DNA of 64,000 nt from the NCBI GenBank assembly GCA_964016885.1, contig OZ024746.1, positions 5,456,001 to 5,520,000 on the forward strand. Direction: 5' to 3'. Position 1 is the first letter of the stretch. Each line of letters begins with the position of its first letter. A program made the position numbers and the translations under genes. The DNA comes from Eledone cirrhosa. Taxonomy: Eukaryota. Below are positions 1 to 16,471 of this stretch, piece by piece. Below the pieces are notes generated by a model, which saw only the letters and a list, made by a program, of their open reading frames with translations, did no database searches and was not told where the DNA came from.

Positions 1-257
1 TTCTCTCTCCCTCTTCCCTACTTTTCTCTCTTCCTTTTCTACTCTATCTTCCCCAACAATCCCACTTAAGGGTATTTACATTGTACATTTTACCATTCTG
101 CTCTGAGGAAACAGTGGTCACAGCATTGGATATTTGAGTTCTGCAAGTACTTGTGAATTTGCACGTAGCATAACTAGGCTGTAGTACCACCGTGGAAACA
201 TTTGTAAGCACACGGAATAAATTACATTTTTATGATGTCTCCCTGTTATTATTCATT

Positions 258-260
<3 letters not shown>

Positions 261-346
<86 letters not shown>

Positions 347-371
347 TATGTATGTATATGTATATATATAT
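261..371. repeat. (TA)n microsatellite
   Basis: Directly visible TA run with TG interruptions. Confidence 0.95.
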
Positions 372-517
372 GAAGGAAAGCATAGAGGTGCAGGAGGAGG
401 GGGAGGTGGAGAGGGGGGGTAATAGTTTGAACAAAGTATAATATCATTGAAGGAGAGATAGAGATGGCTAGAGGTATAGGGTTCGTCTCGAACCAGTAAC
501 ACTATATATATATATAT

Positions 518-620
518 AGGAACGAGTAGGACCCCGACGGCTGAGCTCAACGGCTAATTCTGAACTAAAATAATTATTACCCACTCTACTACCCTAAGTA
601 TTGAGTACTTTGGTGCGTTA
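518..620. mobile_element. Rearranged short PLE-derived insert, family X (two oppositely oriented pieces)
   Basis: ggaacgagtaggaccccgacggctgagctc matches 15332-15360; it is followed by the reverse complement of the family's other end (ttacccactctactaccctaagtattgagtactttggtgcg). Confidence 0.75.
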
Positions 621-624
621 TATG

Positions 625-1593
<969 letters not shown>

Positions 1594-1713
1594 AACTAAT
1601 ATTAACATTTTGTACTGCCTCTTCGCTGAAAAGTGAAAAACAAAAACAATAACAAGGAGTGCAGTTACGAACTGTGTTGGTATTAGGTTCACGCTTGGGA
1701 GGTGTGTGGAGGT

Positions 1714-1733
1714 ATGCGCGTGTGTGTGCGTGT

Positions 1734-1808
<75 letters not shown>

Positions 1809-1823
1809 GCGTGTGTGTGTGTA
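1714..1823. repeat. (TG)n microsatellite
   Basis: Directly visible. Confidence 0.95.
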
Positions 1824-1844
1824 TGTACTTCCGTATATGGTTGA

Positions 1845-1945
1845 AGGCAGCTAGAAAAGAGTACTCAATACCGAATACCCTTTGATAAACAGACGAAACT
1901 CCAGAGTAACAGGACTCACTATTTAGCGTTAATAAAATGAATATA
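1845..1945. mobile_element. PLE pLTR remnant, family V (rearranged)
   Basis: aaagagtactcaataccgaa and gaaactccagagtaacaggactcactattt match 46804-46890 in opposite orientations; contains a hammerhead 3' half (GAAA-CTCCAGAG-TA). Confidence 0.6.
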
Positions 1946-1995
1946 TATTTATATACATATATGCATATACATACTTATATATATATATACATACA

Positions 1996-2084
<89 letters not shown>

Positions 2085-2319
2085 ATATATGTATATATAT
2101 ATGTTTATCTTTCATTTTAATTTTTGCAAGAAAGAAAAGTAATTTGGGAAGATCCGAATGAGCGGGAAGAAAGAACGAAGTACATTGTACTCTATTGATT
2201 TTTCGTGACGGAGTGATTTCTCTGTTAATGCATGCAAAAGCAGCGAATCAGTCCCGTCTCCCCCCTCTCTTTTCCTCTCGTTCTCACTCTTACTTACCCC
2301 ATATCTCTCTCACTTTAGC

Positions 2320-2359
<40 letters not shown>

Positions 2360-3585
2360 TCTCCTCAACACACATATATACTCACATATACACCCACTCT
2401 CCATCACACTCTCTCTGTCCCTCTCTAAAGCAAGTGGCTGGTTCCACGTCGATCTAACTCAATTGATAAACATCAACATTACAGCGAGGGGACACTGCTA
2501 AAGAACAACAGTACCATAACAACAATAACAATAGTAATATCACTCCAACTTACACCAAGCAGATGAAGCTAACATCGTTCCTTTCATATTTTCTATATAT
2601 ATTATTAGTTCATTTATACTTAAAAGTTGTATGTTGTAGAATATACCTTCACCCCTACCAGCCTCACCACAACCACTATCACTAGTTCAACAACATAATT
2701 CCTCATCATCATCATCATCATCATTATCAGCCACTTTATCATCATCATCATCATCATTACCCTCGTTGTCGTAAACGTTCCACTGACCGTTGTTGTTGTT
2801 GTTATCATAGTTAGAGTTATTTTCTCAGTGATCCGAGACGAATGCCACCACGCCGCTACGCTTCAGAAAATAAAGAGAGTAAAAAAACAAACAACAACCC
2901 CAAACAGCAACAACAACAAACACAAATAAATGAAAACAACGTGAAATGCTGATATTAGAAATATTTTAGACCCGACTGCACCGCCGCCACATTTAGATTC
3001 TACTCCACTCCGCCTTCATTCAAGCTCTACTTTTTCTTCACTTCACTTTATTTATTTATATATTTTTTACTTCTCCCAGCTGCTGTTGCATTTACTATTG
3101 TTATAGCTGCTGTTGCTGCTGCTGTTGTTGTTGTTATTGTTATTGTTGTTGTTGTTGTTGTTGTTTCTACTGCTGCTGCTGCTGCTGCTGCTACAGCTAC
3201 AGCCCATTCACCACCTTACTCTTCTCCTAACACAGCTGAAATAGAGAAAAATATTAACAAGTTCACCAGGACCACAACTTCTAAGTGTTATCTCCTACCC
3301 TTACACATAACTCTGATTATATTAACACATATAGTCAGACCGTACACACGGCTACCAACTCATTGGACTTTTCTACAGAGAAGTTGGACTATTTGCAGGT
3401 AAGATAGACAGAGCATGTAGTTAGTTTCTCTAATGTAACACACACAAACATCAACACATGTGTAATGTAACTAACTTGCCCTCCAGGGTATTGAACAATA
3501 CCTTCTTAATTGTCTGCCAGTTTTGTTTTTCTATATATTTTCTTGAATAATAAGCATGCATATTTTAAAGAATTACATAAACACA

Positions 3586-3650
<65 letters not shown>

Positions 3651-3683
3651 ATATATATATAAGTATATATATATATATATATA

Positions 3684-3720
<37 letters not shown>

Positions 3721-4017
3721 ATATATATATATATAAGTATATATATATCTATATATGTGTATATATATATATAAGTATATATATATATCTATATATATGT
3801 ATATATATATAAGTATATATATATATATATATATACATACACACACACACACACACATATATATCCAGATTTTGTCTCATTTCACCCCGTTTTGACGCCC
3901 TCATTTTCATGGTACTCTCCGCCCGCTTGAGTTTATAGAGGTTGACAGGTCTGCTATGTATATATATATATATATATATATATACAGAGAGAGAGAGAGA
4001 GAGAGACAGAGAGAGAG

Positions 4018-4083
<66 letters not shown>

Positions 4084-4264
4084 GAGAGAGTCTGCAGTGC
4101 TGAGACTGAGGAGATCACTAAAGACCACTAACCATGGGAGTACTCGATACATGGGGAGATGCAGAGGGGGTATAGAGATATGTAAAATGCCGACCGTGTA
4201 TGTATATGCATGCATGGGCCCGTAACGCAGGATGGCGTCGTTGGGGCAGCGCAGCGCGTTGACA

Positions 4265-4400
4265 GACGGCGTTTCTTGGGTATTTTAAACCTGGTGGAGC
4301 CTGTCCCAGCCAGGCCTGAGTACAGACGATTTCTTCCAGAGAAAGATAGAAAGTGAGTGGGAGAAAGTGAGAGATACAGTGGAAGAATATGGATAAATAA
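4265..4400. repeat. Unclassified dispersed repeat (also at about 11350-11460)
   Basis: ggtattttaaacct...ccagg..tga.tacag...agagaa..agaaagtgag occurs at both loci. Confidence 0.45.
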
Positions 4401-4577
4401 AAACTTACATTCGGACATTACTTTTATGTTAACGTAGGTTTTTAAACAGAATTTTATAGTTTTTGAAATATAAATATTAGGAAAATGAAATATTAAGAAA
4501 GCATGCTGCAGTGAAAATTAATTTATTGCACGAAGTTGATACTCAGAGTTGTTCTTCCTTCGTTCCCTAAATCAGCA

Positions 4578-5679
<1,102 letters not shown>

Positions 5680-5834
5680 CACCAACGTATATAACTATCC
5701 GATTCTCTGTCACTAAGACTGTCCTGCACGCCTCTCTCTCTCTCTCGCTCTCTCTCTCCCTCTCTATCCCTCTCTCTCACACACACATAAATGCACACGG
5801 TATTCTCTTTCTCACTCTCTACACACACAGACAC

Positions 5835-6490
5835 ACATACATACATACATACATACACACATACGTGATGGTTCCCCCCTCGTTATCGAGTATGACCATT
5901 GCACGATATACCATTATTATTAATTAATTCTATGGTGCAATGCCTGTGTGTGAAGATATTTTTTAAAGTGAGGAAAGACTGTGCACTGAGCCAATCCCAC
6001 TCTCTGAGCGACAATAGCTATAACCCGAAAAGAAGAAAAGATCAACATCATCGGTATCTACTGAGCCGCAGGTTTTATATCGGAGTTACCCCAGTTTCTT
6101 GAGTTGCTTTCTTCTAGAAGAATGCCCTGATAAAGGCTAGGGGTCCTCCTACACGCCCAGTGGTTTAACCGCGCGATCGGGTGTCCAGCCCGACTATTTC
6201 TATGTCCCCGCGCATATACATACACATGCACCCATGCATATACACATATACATACACATACATATGTACATGTGTATATACATATTTACACACTTTTGGA
6301 TGGCCGTTGGCTCTTATGAGTTCTTCTGCTCTTTGTCAGGTTTTGTTTTTTGTCCTGCAAGGTGTCCAAAATCTCCCTCCTCACCCAAGTAAACTTGGTG
6401 GGGTTGCCGGTTTAGTCGCCGACGACCCGACCATGCGACAGGTTGTACTGGGTTACATGTTACCAGTAGCACTCAAGAGTGACTCGACAT
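5835..6490 (-). mobile_element. Diverged, interrupted copy of the internally deleted RTE-derived element
   Basis: 6295-6490 is a diverged reverse complement of 21695-21885; 5935-6150 matches the middle of that element; (CATA)n tail at 5835-5864. Confidence 0.75.
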
Positions 6491-6524
6491 ACATACAAAC
6501 ATACATATATACATACATATATAA

Positions 6525-6594
<70 letters not shown>

Positions 6595-6597
<3 letters not shown>

Positions 6598-6945
6598 AAT
6601 GTAATCTGAGTTTTTCGAATATTAATAATAACATTCGATTCGTTTGCAATTATGCAAACAAGCCCCAATTTTATAGCCATGTCAGTAGAATGAACCGTTC
6701 ATTCTTGCTCTTGTGTTGGCATACGAACAGATGAACTGATGAAGGGTGTTACCCAGAAACATTAGTGTCTGCAGTTCTGTTCGTATGCCAACACAAGAGC
6801 AAGAATGAAGTGTTCATTCTACTGACATGGCTATAAAATTGGGGCTTGTTTGCATAATTGCAAACTAATCGAATGTTATTATTAATATTCGAAAAAGTCA
6901 GATTACATTTATTGTATTCAGCCATGTAGAGCGAAATTTTCTTTT
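6595..6945. mobile_element. Fold-back element with about 137-bp arms and a hammerhead in the spacer
   Basis: 6595-6732 is the near-perfect reverse complement of 6776-6912; flanked by (TA)n. Confidence 0.85.
6732..6774 (+). ncRNA. Hammerhead ribozyme core with truncated or weak stem I
   Basis: CTGATGA-a-GGGT-gtt-ACCC-a-GAAA-CATTAGTG-TC^tgca; stem III is near-palindromic (ACATTAGTGT). Confidence 0.55.
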
Positions 6946-7077
6946 ATATATATATATGTATATATATAGTTCGTCCGACGGTGTCCAACGTTCATTAGGT
7001 GTTTCGACCCTCAACCGGAACTCCTGGTGGGTCAGCGATGTCAGCCAAATTACTGCCCATCATCGCCTCATACATTC

Positions 7078-7112
<35 letters not shown>

Positions 7113-7113
<1 letters not shown>

Positions 7114-7162
7114 GAAGTGGTAAGACAACAGTTAGTTCCCCATACCGGGATATTACCTTCCA

Positions 7163-7164
<2 letters not shown>
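7113..7164. mobile_element. Rearranged fragment of PLE family W
   Basis: gaagtggtaagacaacagttagttccccataccg approximates the reverse complement of 30053-30086; the following ggatattaccttccagt is the sense strand of 30125-30141. Confidence 0.6.
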
Positions 7165-7246
<82 letters not shown>

Positions 7247-7503
7247 TTATATAAAAACTACCCAAGTCTGTGTAACAACTGTCGATTATTTAAAATAAAA
7301 CCCTAGAAGATCGTATATTAGCAGTACTATGGAAGAATGTAGCAGGCGGTATGGAGAATCGAACTCAGTATAGTTTCCTCTCTTCGATAGGAGTATTTTA
7401 CCCGATTCACTGAACTGTTATTTTAGAAATCGACTGGTCTTATAATTATTTCTGCACTTGGAATTCCTGCATTTTCTAAAAAGAATATATATATACATAT
7501 ACA

Positions 7504-7664
7504 CAGTGAAATTCCGTTATAACGAAATTCTCGGGGTATAAAAAATTCGTTGTAATGACAAATTCTTTATAACGAGATCGATCTAACACATCGAGATGGG
7601 TATTGAAAAAAAAATTCGTTATACTGAAAAATTTATAATGGTATTCGGTATAACGGAATTTTAC

Positions 7665-7667
<3 letters not shown>
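7504..7667. mobile_element. pogo/Tigger-type MITE
   Basis: TIRs CAGTGAAATTCCGTTATAACGAA / TTCGGTATAACGGAATTTTACCTG in a TA context. Confidence 0.75.
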
Positions 7668-7702
<35 letters not shown>

Positions 7703-8112
7703 CTGTATACAATGTGTACATATGTATATTAATATATATATATACATATATACATGGATACGTAACGTATGTATGTATTGATATATATATACGTTACATA
7801 TCCATGCTGACGGCGCTATCCTATCTTTAAGTCTCCAGATGTACTTTAAATGAACTTTTCATATATTATTTATAATCATTTACCTTGGGACGATTTCCTT
7901 GCAAATGTTTCTGAAGTCAATTGAATCTTAACATAATGGGTAATAACTCCCTCCCTCGGGCCACGGATTGTCCTGATATTTGCGACTGCAAGGTCCCCCT
8001 ACGATGTCCAATCCCGGGCAAACTGTTTTTGTAGAAGACCAGCAGTTACCAATACATACCAGTTTCTCCTTTCCAAGCCAGTGGTATTGCCGAAGGGAGA
8101 GTCAAAGGTTGA

Positions 8113-8147
<35 letters not shown>

Positions 8148-8680
8148 GTATGTATGTATAAGCGTATACATACACACATACATGATTATATATTATATAT
8201 ATATATATATATTATTCAAAATGTTAACAAATGTTAACAACGAACCATACTAATATTTGATTATATATATATATCTATCTATCTATATATATATATATAT
8301 ATACATGTATATGTGTGTATGTGTGTGTTCATGTACGTCTTTGTGTTTCTATGCTTAGTAAAGACATAGAACAGTGATTGACAAACTCGAGAAAAACGGA
8401 AAACGAAGAAACTACAATGAATTACATTAAAGTAATACATTTTCTTCTGAGATGAACCTTCCACCATTGTAACTCTGATTTACAAGTGTTTCACAACCCA
8501 ACAAGTAAAATTTGAATGTCATTAATTAGTGTACATAATAAAGAATGTTTTTGTCCTTATATAAATATAAGTTGGTTTGTTGTCACATTTCATTCCAATG
8601 TGGATCAGCAAAATGTGAGAATCTGAGTCAGTCGCAGTTTTTTCAGGTTAGTTAGATTAAATTTCATCATATTATATACT

Positions 8681-8868
8681 TAGTGGATTGGCAGTATCGA
8701 TAGAGAGTCGGACAGCATGCTTTGAAGCATAGAGTTACGTCCCTTTATGATCTTTGTTCAAATCCCGCCGAGGTTAACTTTGCCTTTCATCCTTACGGGG
8801 TCGATAAAATAAAGTACCGGTAATGTACTGAGTATTTGCTGGCCTTGTGCCAAACGTAGAAACAATTA
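8681..8868 (+). mobile_element. tRNA-derived SINE, family B (about 185 bp)
   Basis: Box-B-like gttcaaatccc; central gcctttcatccttacggggtcgataaaataaagtacc; tail gccttgtgcc..tagaaacaatt; more than 10 copies in the window. Confidence 0.85.
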
Positions 8869-9984
8869 TATACATATATATATATATATATACATATATG
8901 TATATATATATGTATATATATATATCTATATATAAAACTTATGCCAAGAACACACTATATTTAGGGGAGTATAAGCTGAAGAATGACTGTAGCTCTGCCC
9001 CCCGATGTGTGTGATGTACTCCGGTCTGGTTCTCATATAAATCTTATAGATGTTTGGAGCAGATGGAAAGGGCCAGCATTTCAGATATTGTAATAGTTAA
9101 TGTTGAGGGTGGTTGTTCGCCATGTGAGATCGATGACAGGACGGATCATATATATATAGTAAATATATATATATATACTATGCGAGTTCAGTCACTAGAT
9201 TATCACCCAGGTGGGAGAGTGCCCTTCAAACCAGAATTTCTACCTTACAATCTTAAATGACGTACCGAATGATAGGTACATAGAAGGCTACGTGCGCTGA
9301 GAGGCAACCACTCACGTAAATATGTATGAAAGATCGAAAGAGAGAGACTACGAGTGCGGATTTCATACATTTGCAATCTATGAATTTTCTCTGAATATCT
9401 AAAGGTCAAATGGAAAGTTGACCAGGGTACCGCTCAATGATATCGTACCCACGACCAGGTAGTTGCAGGATGACATTCTTAACTACATAGACATGGATGT
9501 CGGCGTCTGTATGTATACGTGCTTATGATTGTGTTTGTGGTTGTCTATATGTACGTCTGTGTGCGCATCAGTCTGTGTATGTGTGTTGCGAGCCTGTGTA
9601 TATACTTGTGATGTGTGCTTAAATATATCTCCATTAGTATCGTCGACCAACTAAACTACGAAATAATTGAATTATTGTGAAAATGTCTGAGTATTCACCA
9701 GATATTTATACACTTAATGCAGTCCTAAGGCAGAACCAACATAATACATTGGATAACAACACTGGCGCATTAAATTACAGGTATGATTCAACACGGGAGA
9801 CTACACACACTTTCTGCCTACGCGACTTCATTCATAAGGCATGGCACACCCCGGGGCTACGATATATTTACTAGACATGTAACGCAGTGGAATCCAAAAT
9901 CGGACTTCCTATTTTTTCTAATTCCGAGGAGAACTTTATCAGAACAAAATCACACCTTAATATATATATATACTTATATGCACC

Positions 9985-10032
<48 letters not shown>

Positions 10033-10233
10033 TTATATATATATATATATATATAAGTTGTAATAAAATGAAAACGAAATTTCATTTCTCACTCTTAGTA
10101 CGACACTTACTTAAATGTATGTGTATATGTATATGTATATGTATATATGTATGTATGCATGCTACTGTACGTCTGTATACATATATGTATGTACGTATAC
10201 ATACATACTTACATTTATATATATATATATATA

Positions 10234-10281
<48 letters not shown>

Positions 10282-10460
10282 GTGGATATATATATTGGAT
10301 AATGTAGTCCTAGCTAAACTATAAATTAATAGTAAGAAGTCCCCCGCCAATAAAAAGGAAATATGATAGAGTTACTTGTGGGCTAAACCACAGCAACACA
10401 TCTACTACCACTAGTATCACCACCACCACCACCACTACTACTACTACTACCACTACCACC

Positions 10461-10495
<35 letters not shown>

Positions 10496-11094
10496 TGTAT
10501 GTGAGCCATATATTACTATGTGTGTGTGAATTCTATTAGTATATGTAGCAATTACTAAGGTACAAAACTTCACGTCATTAGAGGGAAGGGAAATGCTTTT
10601 ATATGGCCGAACATTTTAAGGTTCATAAGTGAAATAAAATCGGTAACAGCAAGTAATGGAAACTTGATCGTTGACGAGGATCATGAAGGGCTCAACCACT
10701 GTTCTGTGGAGCTCAAATAAATAAAAGGAACCAATCTTCAAGTCGGACCAAAGAAACTATGATTCCATCCGTCTTTCGATTGCTGATACTACTTGCTTGA
10801 AAGTGTCGGTAGAATGAGGCATGATCTGAACTCCGGACACACAGAGTTGGGTCAGATACAGCAAAACATCCCACTTGATTCTTTAAAAATTCCCTTAGTC
10901 CAATACCCTTACCGATACTACAGTATTTCTTGAACAGGATGAAAAACATATTTGATTTAAGTAGTATTTTAACTCAGAGAATATAAAACAATTAAATTCG
11001 ATGCTCAAATGAGTATCAATATGCCGTCTATGATTAATATATGTTTGGACTCGTATGTTTGGACTCGTAAAGTTGATTTAGTCACATATATGTG

Positions 11095-11240
11095 AATGCG
11101 CATTGCTTAGTGGTTAGAACATTGGGCTTGCAATTGAAAGGTTGTGAGTTCAATTCTCGGACAGGGTGATGTGTTGTTTCCTTGAGCAAGACACTTTATT
11201 TCACGTTGCTCGAGTTTACTCAGCTGTAGAAATGAGATGA
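11095..11240 (+). mobile_element. tRNA-derived SINE, family A (5' part)
   Basis: Box A gcttagtggttaga, box B gagttcaattc, and ccttgagcaagacactttatttcacgttgct shared with other copies. Confidence 0.75.
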
Positions 11241-12020
11241 TAGGAGTGGGGTCCCTATCATTAAATCACCCAAGACACCTCCAACGAGATATACCTTGGA
11301 GGAGGCCAGCTAAACCTGTCTAGGTGCGAGCTGTCACACACAGTGACATATAGTGTTTTGGAGGTATTTTAAACCTAGGGTGCTCATCTCTCTCCAGGTT
11401 TGAATACAGCTGATCTCTGCTAGAGAAGAGAAAGTGAGAATATGACATAGAGGAAAAATCGATCCCAGTACTAGACTGGTTCTTATTTATCGACCTCGAA
11501 AAGATGGAAGGCACAGTTAACCTCAAAGTTCAGACGGTCGGAACAAATACCGCAAGGCGCTATGATTAATATTATATCACGAAGGAGTCAAGTGGAATGG
11601 CAAAATATGAAATAGTCTGCATTAAATGACGAAGAAATTTAGCTACGGCTAACAAAACATTCTGAGTTCAAAGAACAACTGGGGTTAATTTTTGGTTATA
11701 TGTTTAGTGGGACAATAATATGAATATGCCAAGTTTAGAGGCATACACCCCACCTCCGACAAATCCTGACCTTGTTCCAATGCTATAAATCAATATAACG
11801 TATACAGTTGTATTGTAAAAATATATAATAAAAGATGCTTTATTTCTTTCTTCTATCCCTCTCTTCCATTCTCTATCGTCTCTCTTGCTCTCTTTCTCTA
11901 TCACCATTCTTCATGTAAATATAAATATGTGTGTGAAATTATTTAAAAACAGAAAGACACGAACACACACACAGGGAGAGAGAGAGAGAGAGAGAGATGT
12001 ATATATGTGCATATATATAT

Positions 12021-12123
<103 letters not shown>

Positions 12124-13061
12124 GAATTGGCAGTGTCATTAGATCGTCGGATGTTCTGCACTATTGGTCTCGGCTCTGATCTCTCAGTTCAAATCCCACC
12201 GAGATCAACTTTGCCTTTCATCCATTCAAGGTCGATAAAACAAAGTACCAGGGTTTGATTCTTCATATATATCTCTTTCTCACTTCCACTCTCTCTCTCT
12301 CTCTCTCTATATGCTCTATCTATCCTTCTTTGAATGAAATCTGGAGAGGCGATGTTCCACGAATGCCATATGTCAATATGGCGCCCCTACCTTTCCCCCA
12401 GCAGTTTCGGAACAATACGATACCACACACACACATATATATATATATATACATACATATATATATATATATATGCCTATATGTGTGTATATACATATAT
12501 GCACATATGTGTGTATATAAATATATACACAAAACAATGTATGTGCGTGTGTGTCCTTGTGTGTATGAGGCCTCATGTCAAAACCGATACTGTGTTCTCG
12601 TTTACGATGCTGAATAAAACTTACAACTGTTATATATACACCCCCAAACACAATATAGGACGGCTGAAAGGTTGAGAAGAATATTGGAGTTGCATCCCTA
12701 AGGTTTCGGTCTCGCTCCTCCTTTTTGTTTTATCATAGCCTTCATTCGAACTTTGTAACTGAAAGAGAATACAGGAAAAAAAAGTTAAAGCCCGAGACTA
12801 AAGCTGCAATTCTAAGTGTCAGAATTGTCACTCGCTGTCTCAAGTAAATTCTTCGTAGAGGTCTCATTAAGACTGTGAATTATTTAGCTTTTTGCACTCC
12901 AATGCAATATGTAGGCAGTTCAGCTAATAAAGTGGAGTGCTTAAGAAGTTCGCACTATAGTTGGTTAATGCAGCGGGAAGTTACATCACTGACAAGCAAC
13001 TACCAACGATATCATGACTACACACACACAGACACACACACACGTGTGTGTGTGTGTGTGT

Positions 13062-13420
13062 GAAGGCATGGCTTAGTTGTTAGAGCTTGCAATCGTGAAT
13101 TGTGAGATTCTCCGACCAGTCTGTGTGCTGTATCCTTGAGCAAGACACTTTATTTCACGCTGCTACAGTTTACTCAGTTGCAAAACTAAGTTCCGACGTC
13201 ACTGGTGCCAAGCTGTATCAGACTTAGCCTATTCCTTGGCCAACATCGGTGGCATGGAGAGACGAGACTGGTAGACTGGTAGACTGGTAGTCTGGTAGAC
13301 TGGTATACATGGGCGGCGTCTCATGATCTTCCACAAACAACTTTGTCCGGACTTGTGCCTCGGAAGGAAACTTTCTAGGTACAAATCCCATGTTCGTTCG
13401 TGATCGAAGGCGGTGTTATC
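13062..13420 (+). mobile_element. tRNA-derived SINE, family A
   Basis: Same head and core as 11095; 3' body gacgtcactggtgccaagctgtatc; internal (agactggt)x5 expansion. Confidence 0.8.
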
Positions 13421-13884
13421 AATTTATATATGAATATACCTACACATGCACATGTACACACACACACACACAACATACACCTACATAAAGAAGGAATTGC
13501 TTTTGGTATTAGTAGAAGAAATTAGTACAAAATACACGTGCATGTGTGCATACATGTGTCTATCTCTTTTCAAGGAGCATATGAATAGAGACATTGTAGT
13601 TCCTTTGTAAATTAGTATGCACATGTGCATGCTCACATATCTGTATCAACAATAACAATAGCCTACTACCACCGATGTCTGGTCGATCGTGTATTTGTCT
13701 ATATAAATCTTTATTGATATATTCATACAATATTATAAACATTCACGCAAACGACGCAATCCACCACTCTCTCGCACACACATGAACATATTATTTATAT
13801 ATATAACCATATATATATATGTATATATACATATCGCTCACACATATACCCACATACCCACCAACCCCCCAAACACTCACAGAG

Positions 13885-13930
<46 letters not shown>

Positions 13931-14084
13931 TGAAATATATATATATATTATATATATATATTTATTAAAATATATATATTTATTATATATATATATATTT
14001 ATTAAAATATATATATTTATTATATATATATATTTATTAAAATATATATATTTATTATATATATATATATATATATATATTAAA

Positions 14085-14186
14085 ATGTTTATAAATATTT
14101 GCTCTACGGTTCTTATATATTTGATATATATTTATCCTTATCGAGCCCTCTTTGGATTTTAGTCTTCAAATGTATTATTATTACTA
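14085..14186 (+). mobile_element. PLE pLTR fragment (3' part of the 35410 family)
   Basis: Near-identical to 35483-35578; embedded in (TA)n. Confidence 0.7.
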
Positions 14187-14196
14187 TATATATATA

Positions 14197-14227
<31 letters not shown>

Positions 14228-14450
14228 GGGATAACAAATTATTGTTATAGGTAGTCCAGTTAGGGTACTCCAAGTAGTGATTCTCGCAAGCTCTGGTGAG
14301 CTGCCTTGTTATAACAAAGTATTGGTGATCGATTGACGCAAAAACAGGCGGGTAGCGATCTCTAGACCTACCAGTTCAGAGAAACAATTGTCAGCAATGT
14401 GAATAAAGCCCTTATTGTATAGAAAACCATGTCACTCTTCTTTCTTGAAT
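14228..14450 (+). mobile_element. TA-embedded PLE-like remnant with a degenerate hammerhead
   Basis: gct-CTGGTGA (14293) ... GAAA-CAATTG-TC^agc (14381-14395); palindromic loop III; long stem II region. Confidence 0.4.
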
Positions 14451-14483
<33 letters not shown>

Positions 14484-14600
14484 TTACTACTCGCGCAGTA
14501 AATGTATTGATATATGTATCGGCCCTGTCTATGTGTGTGAATACAAATATAAGCTCATGATATATATAACATTTAACCTATTAATTGGTGCATTACATAC

Positions 14601-14845
14601 TTGGCTTTGTGGTTAGAGCGTTTTGCTTGCAATCCTGAGAGTGTGAGTTCGATTCTCAGGGTGTACAATATATATTTTCACGTTGTTCCAGTTTACCCAA
14701 CTGTAGAGTTGTGACGTCACTGGTGCCAAACTGTATCAGCCATTGGACAACAATATTGCTGGCGTGGAGAGAGGAGACTGGTATGCATTGGTGACTGCTG
14801 GTCTTCCACGTACAAATCCACCGGTCATCGTTACCCTTAACCTTT
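14601..14845 (+). mobile_element. tRNA-derived SINE, family A (internally deleted)
   Basis: tggctttgtggttagagcg...gagttcgattctc; body matches 13190-13330. Confidence 0.75.
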
Positions 14846-15032
14846 ATACAGTTGGAAACTTTGTATGCTTACTATTTTTTTATGTCTTCATATAAAGAGC
14901 CCCTTAGGTCACGAATGGCCGAGGGTTTGAACGATAAATGTCCCCCCATGGCACAATCCCGGTAAAAGTATTTGTATGGAGAATAAATACACACGAACAC
15001 GCACCGTGTTACAAAGTAACAATATATATATA

Positions 15033-15132
15033 CAAGGTGTCCCCAAAAATGTATACACAATTCAACATCATTCTAATAAATATTACCTGTACATGTAATC
15101 AAAGTGTGCATGCGTTGTTTGGGGACATGCTG
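15033..15132. mobile_element. Tc1/mariner-type MITE (100 bp)
   Basis: Imperfect TIRs CAAGGTGTCCCCAAA / TTTGGGGACATGCTG with TA on both sides. Confidence 0.7.
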
Positions 15133-15241
<109 letters not shown>

Positions 15242-15251
15242 ATATATATAT

Positions 15252-15455
15252 AACGAACGAAATGTGGTAAGGAACCAGGTGGACCCTAACGCACCAAAGA
15301 ACTCAATACTTAGGGTAGTAGAGTGGGTAATAGGAACGAGTAGGACCCCGACGGCTGAGCTGAAGCCGTTTCGACGGCTAATTCTGGACTAAATGATTTA
15401 GTCCAGAATTAGCCGTCGAAACGGCTTGAGCTCAGCCGTCGGTGTCCTACTCGTT

Positions 15456-15457
<2 letters not shown>
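15252..15457. mobile_element. Fold-back PLE-derived element, family X
   Basis: Palindrome about 15330-15460 centred on ctggactaaatgatttagtccag; each arm carries a hammerhead 3' half GAAA-CGGCT-tgagctc-AGCCG-TC^; (TA)n on both sides. Confidence 0.85.
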
Positions 15458-15510
<53 letters not shown>

Positions 15511-15719
15511 AGGCAGTCAATTGACGCTGTACATGAGGGGGTCATGTCTTCTCTAGTGACCCAACTTTAGCTAAAACCTTCGCCATTGTTATGAACATCG
15601 CAACACTCATTCAGTTAGCCAGTATCATCCGAGAATGTCTTCACATAAAGGTCATTTGATTGATCAAGAATGAAGGCACTATTGACATTTGTACGTGACA
15701 CACACACGCACACACACAC

Positions 15720-15830
<111 letters not shown>

Positions 15831-16471
15831 CACATTTCTCTCCGACTTAGTGATGTATTTTATTTATAGTTATATGTCTTTTAATGTGTGTGTGAAGTAT
15901 ATATGCATATTCACATATACATTTATACACACACACACACACATATATATACATATTTATATATATATATATATATATATACATTTATCTATATATATAT
16001 ACACATATATAAATTGAACTGGAGAGTGAAGTTCCAAGTAATACCATCTGTCTCTGAAGTCAATGCTACACGAACATAGAGAATGTCTTAATCTCTCCAT
16101 CTTCACTCCTCTCTCCCTCCCTCTCTCTCTCTCAACCAGAAGGACAGACACACACACACAAACACACACATACACATATATATATATACACTCACACATA
16201 ATACAGACACCCACATTCTCACATACTCTAGGTTTACCACGCCAGTCACACTATTTAGGAACAAAATTCAACAACCTATTTCGTCTGTCTTATTTGTATA
16301 TTGTTATTTCGCCGGGAGGGGACGCTGATTATACATTAACAGATGGACAGGGGATTAAATATTCTTTCCGCAATCAACATTTTGAGATCAAAGCGGACAG
16401 TTTTCTATTTTGAGATTCGTCCTTAGATCGTTGTTAAAATAAATACCAAAGGTATGATCGGTACGATACAA

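Noticed and set aside
98-126. Hammerhead-like tgct-ctgagga-aacagtggtc-acagca
   Set aside because: Stem II is absent and there is no second copy; too degraded to call.
6986-7040. Degenerate hammerhead on the - strand (ctga-ccc..gggtc-gaaa)
   Set aside because: The core is incomplete and the UH site is mutated; plausible relic only.
8681-8790. tRNA genes
   Set aside because: The box A/B motifs belong to SINE heads; no complete cloverleaf.
10713-10949. 78-aa ORF with SDH, possibly an L1 endonuclease relic
   Set aside because: Only one short motif; not sufficient for a call.
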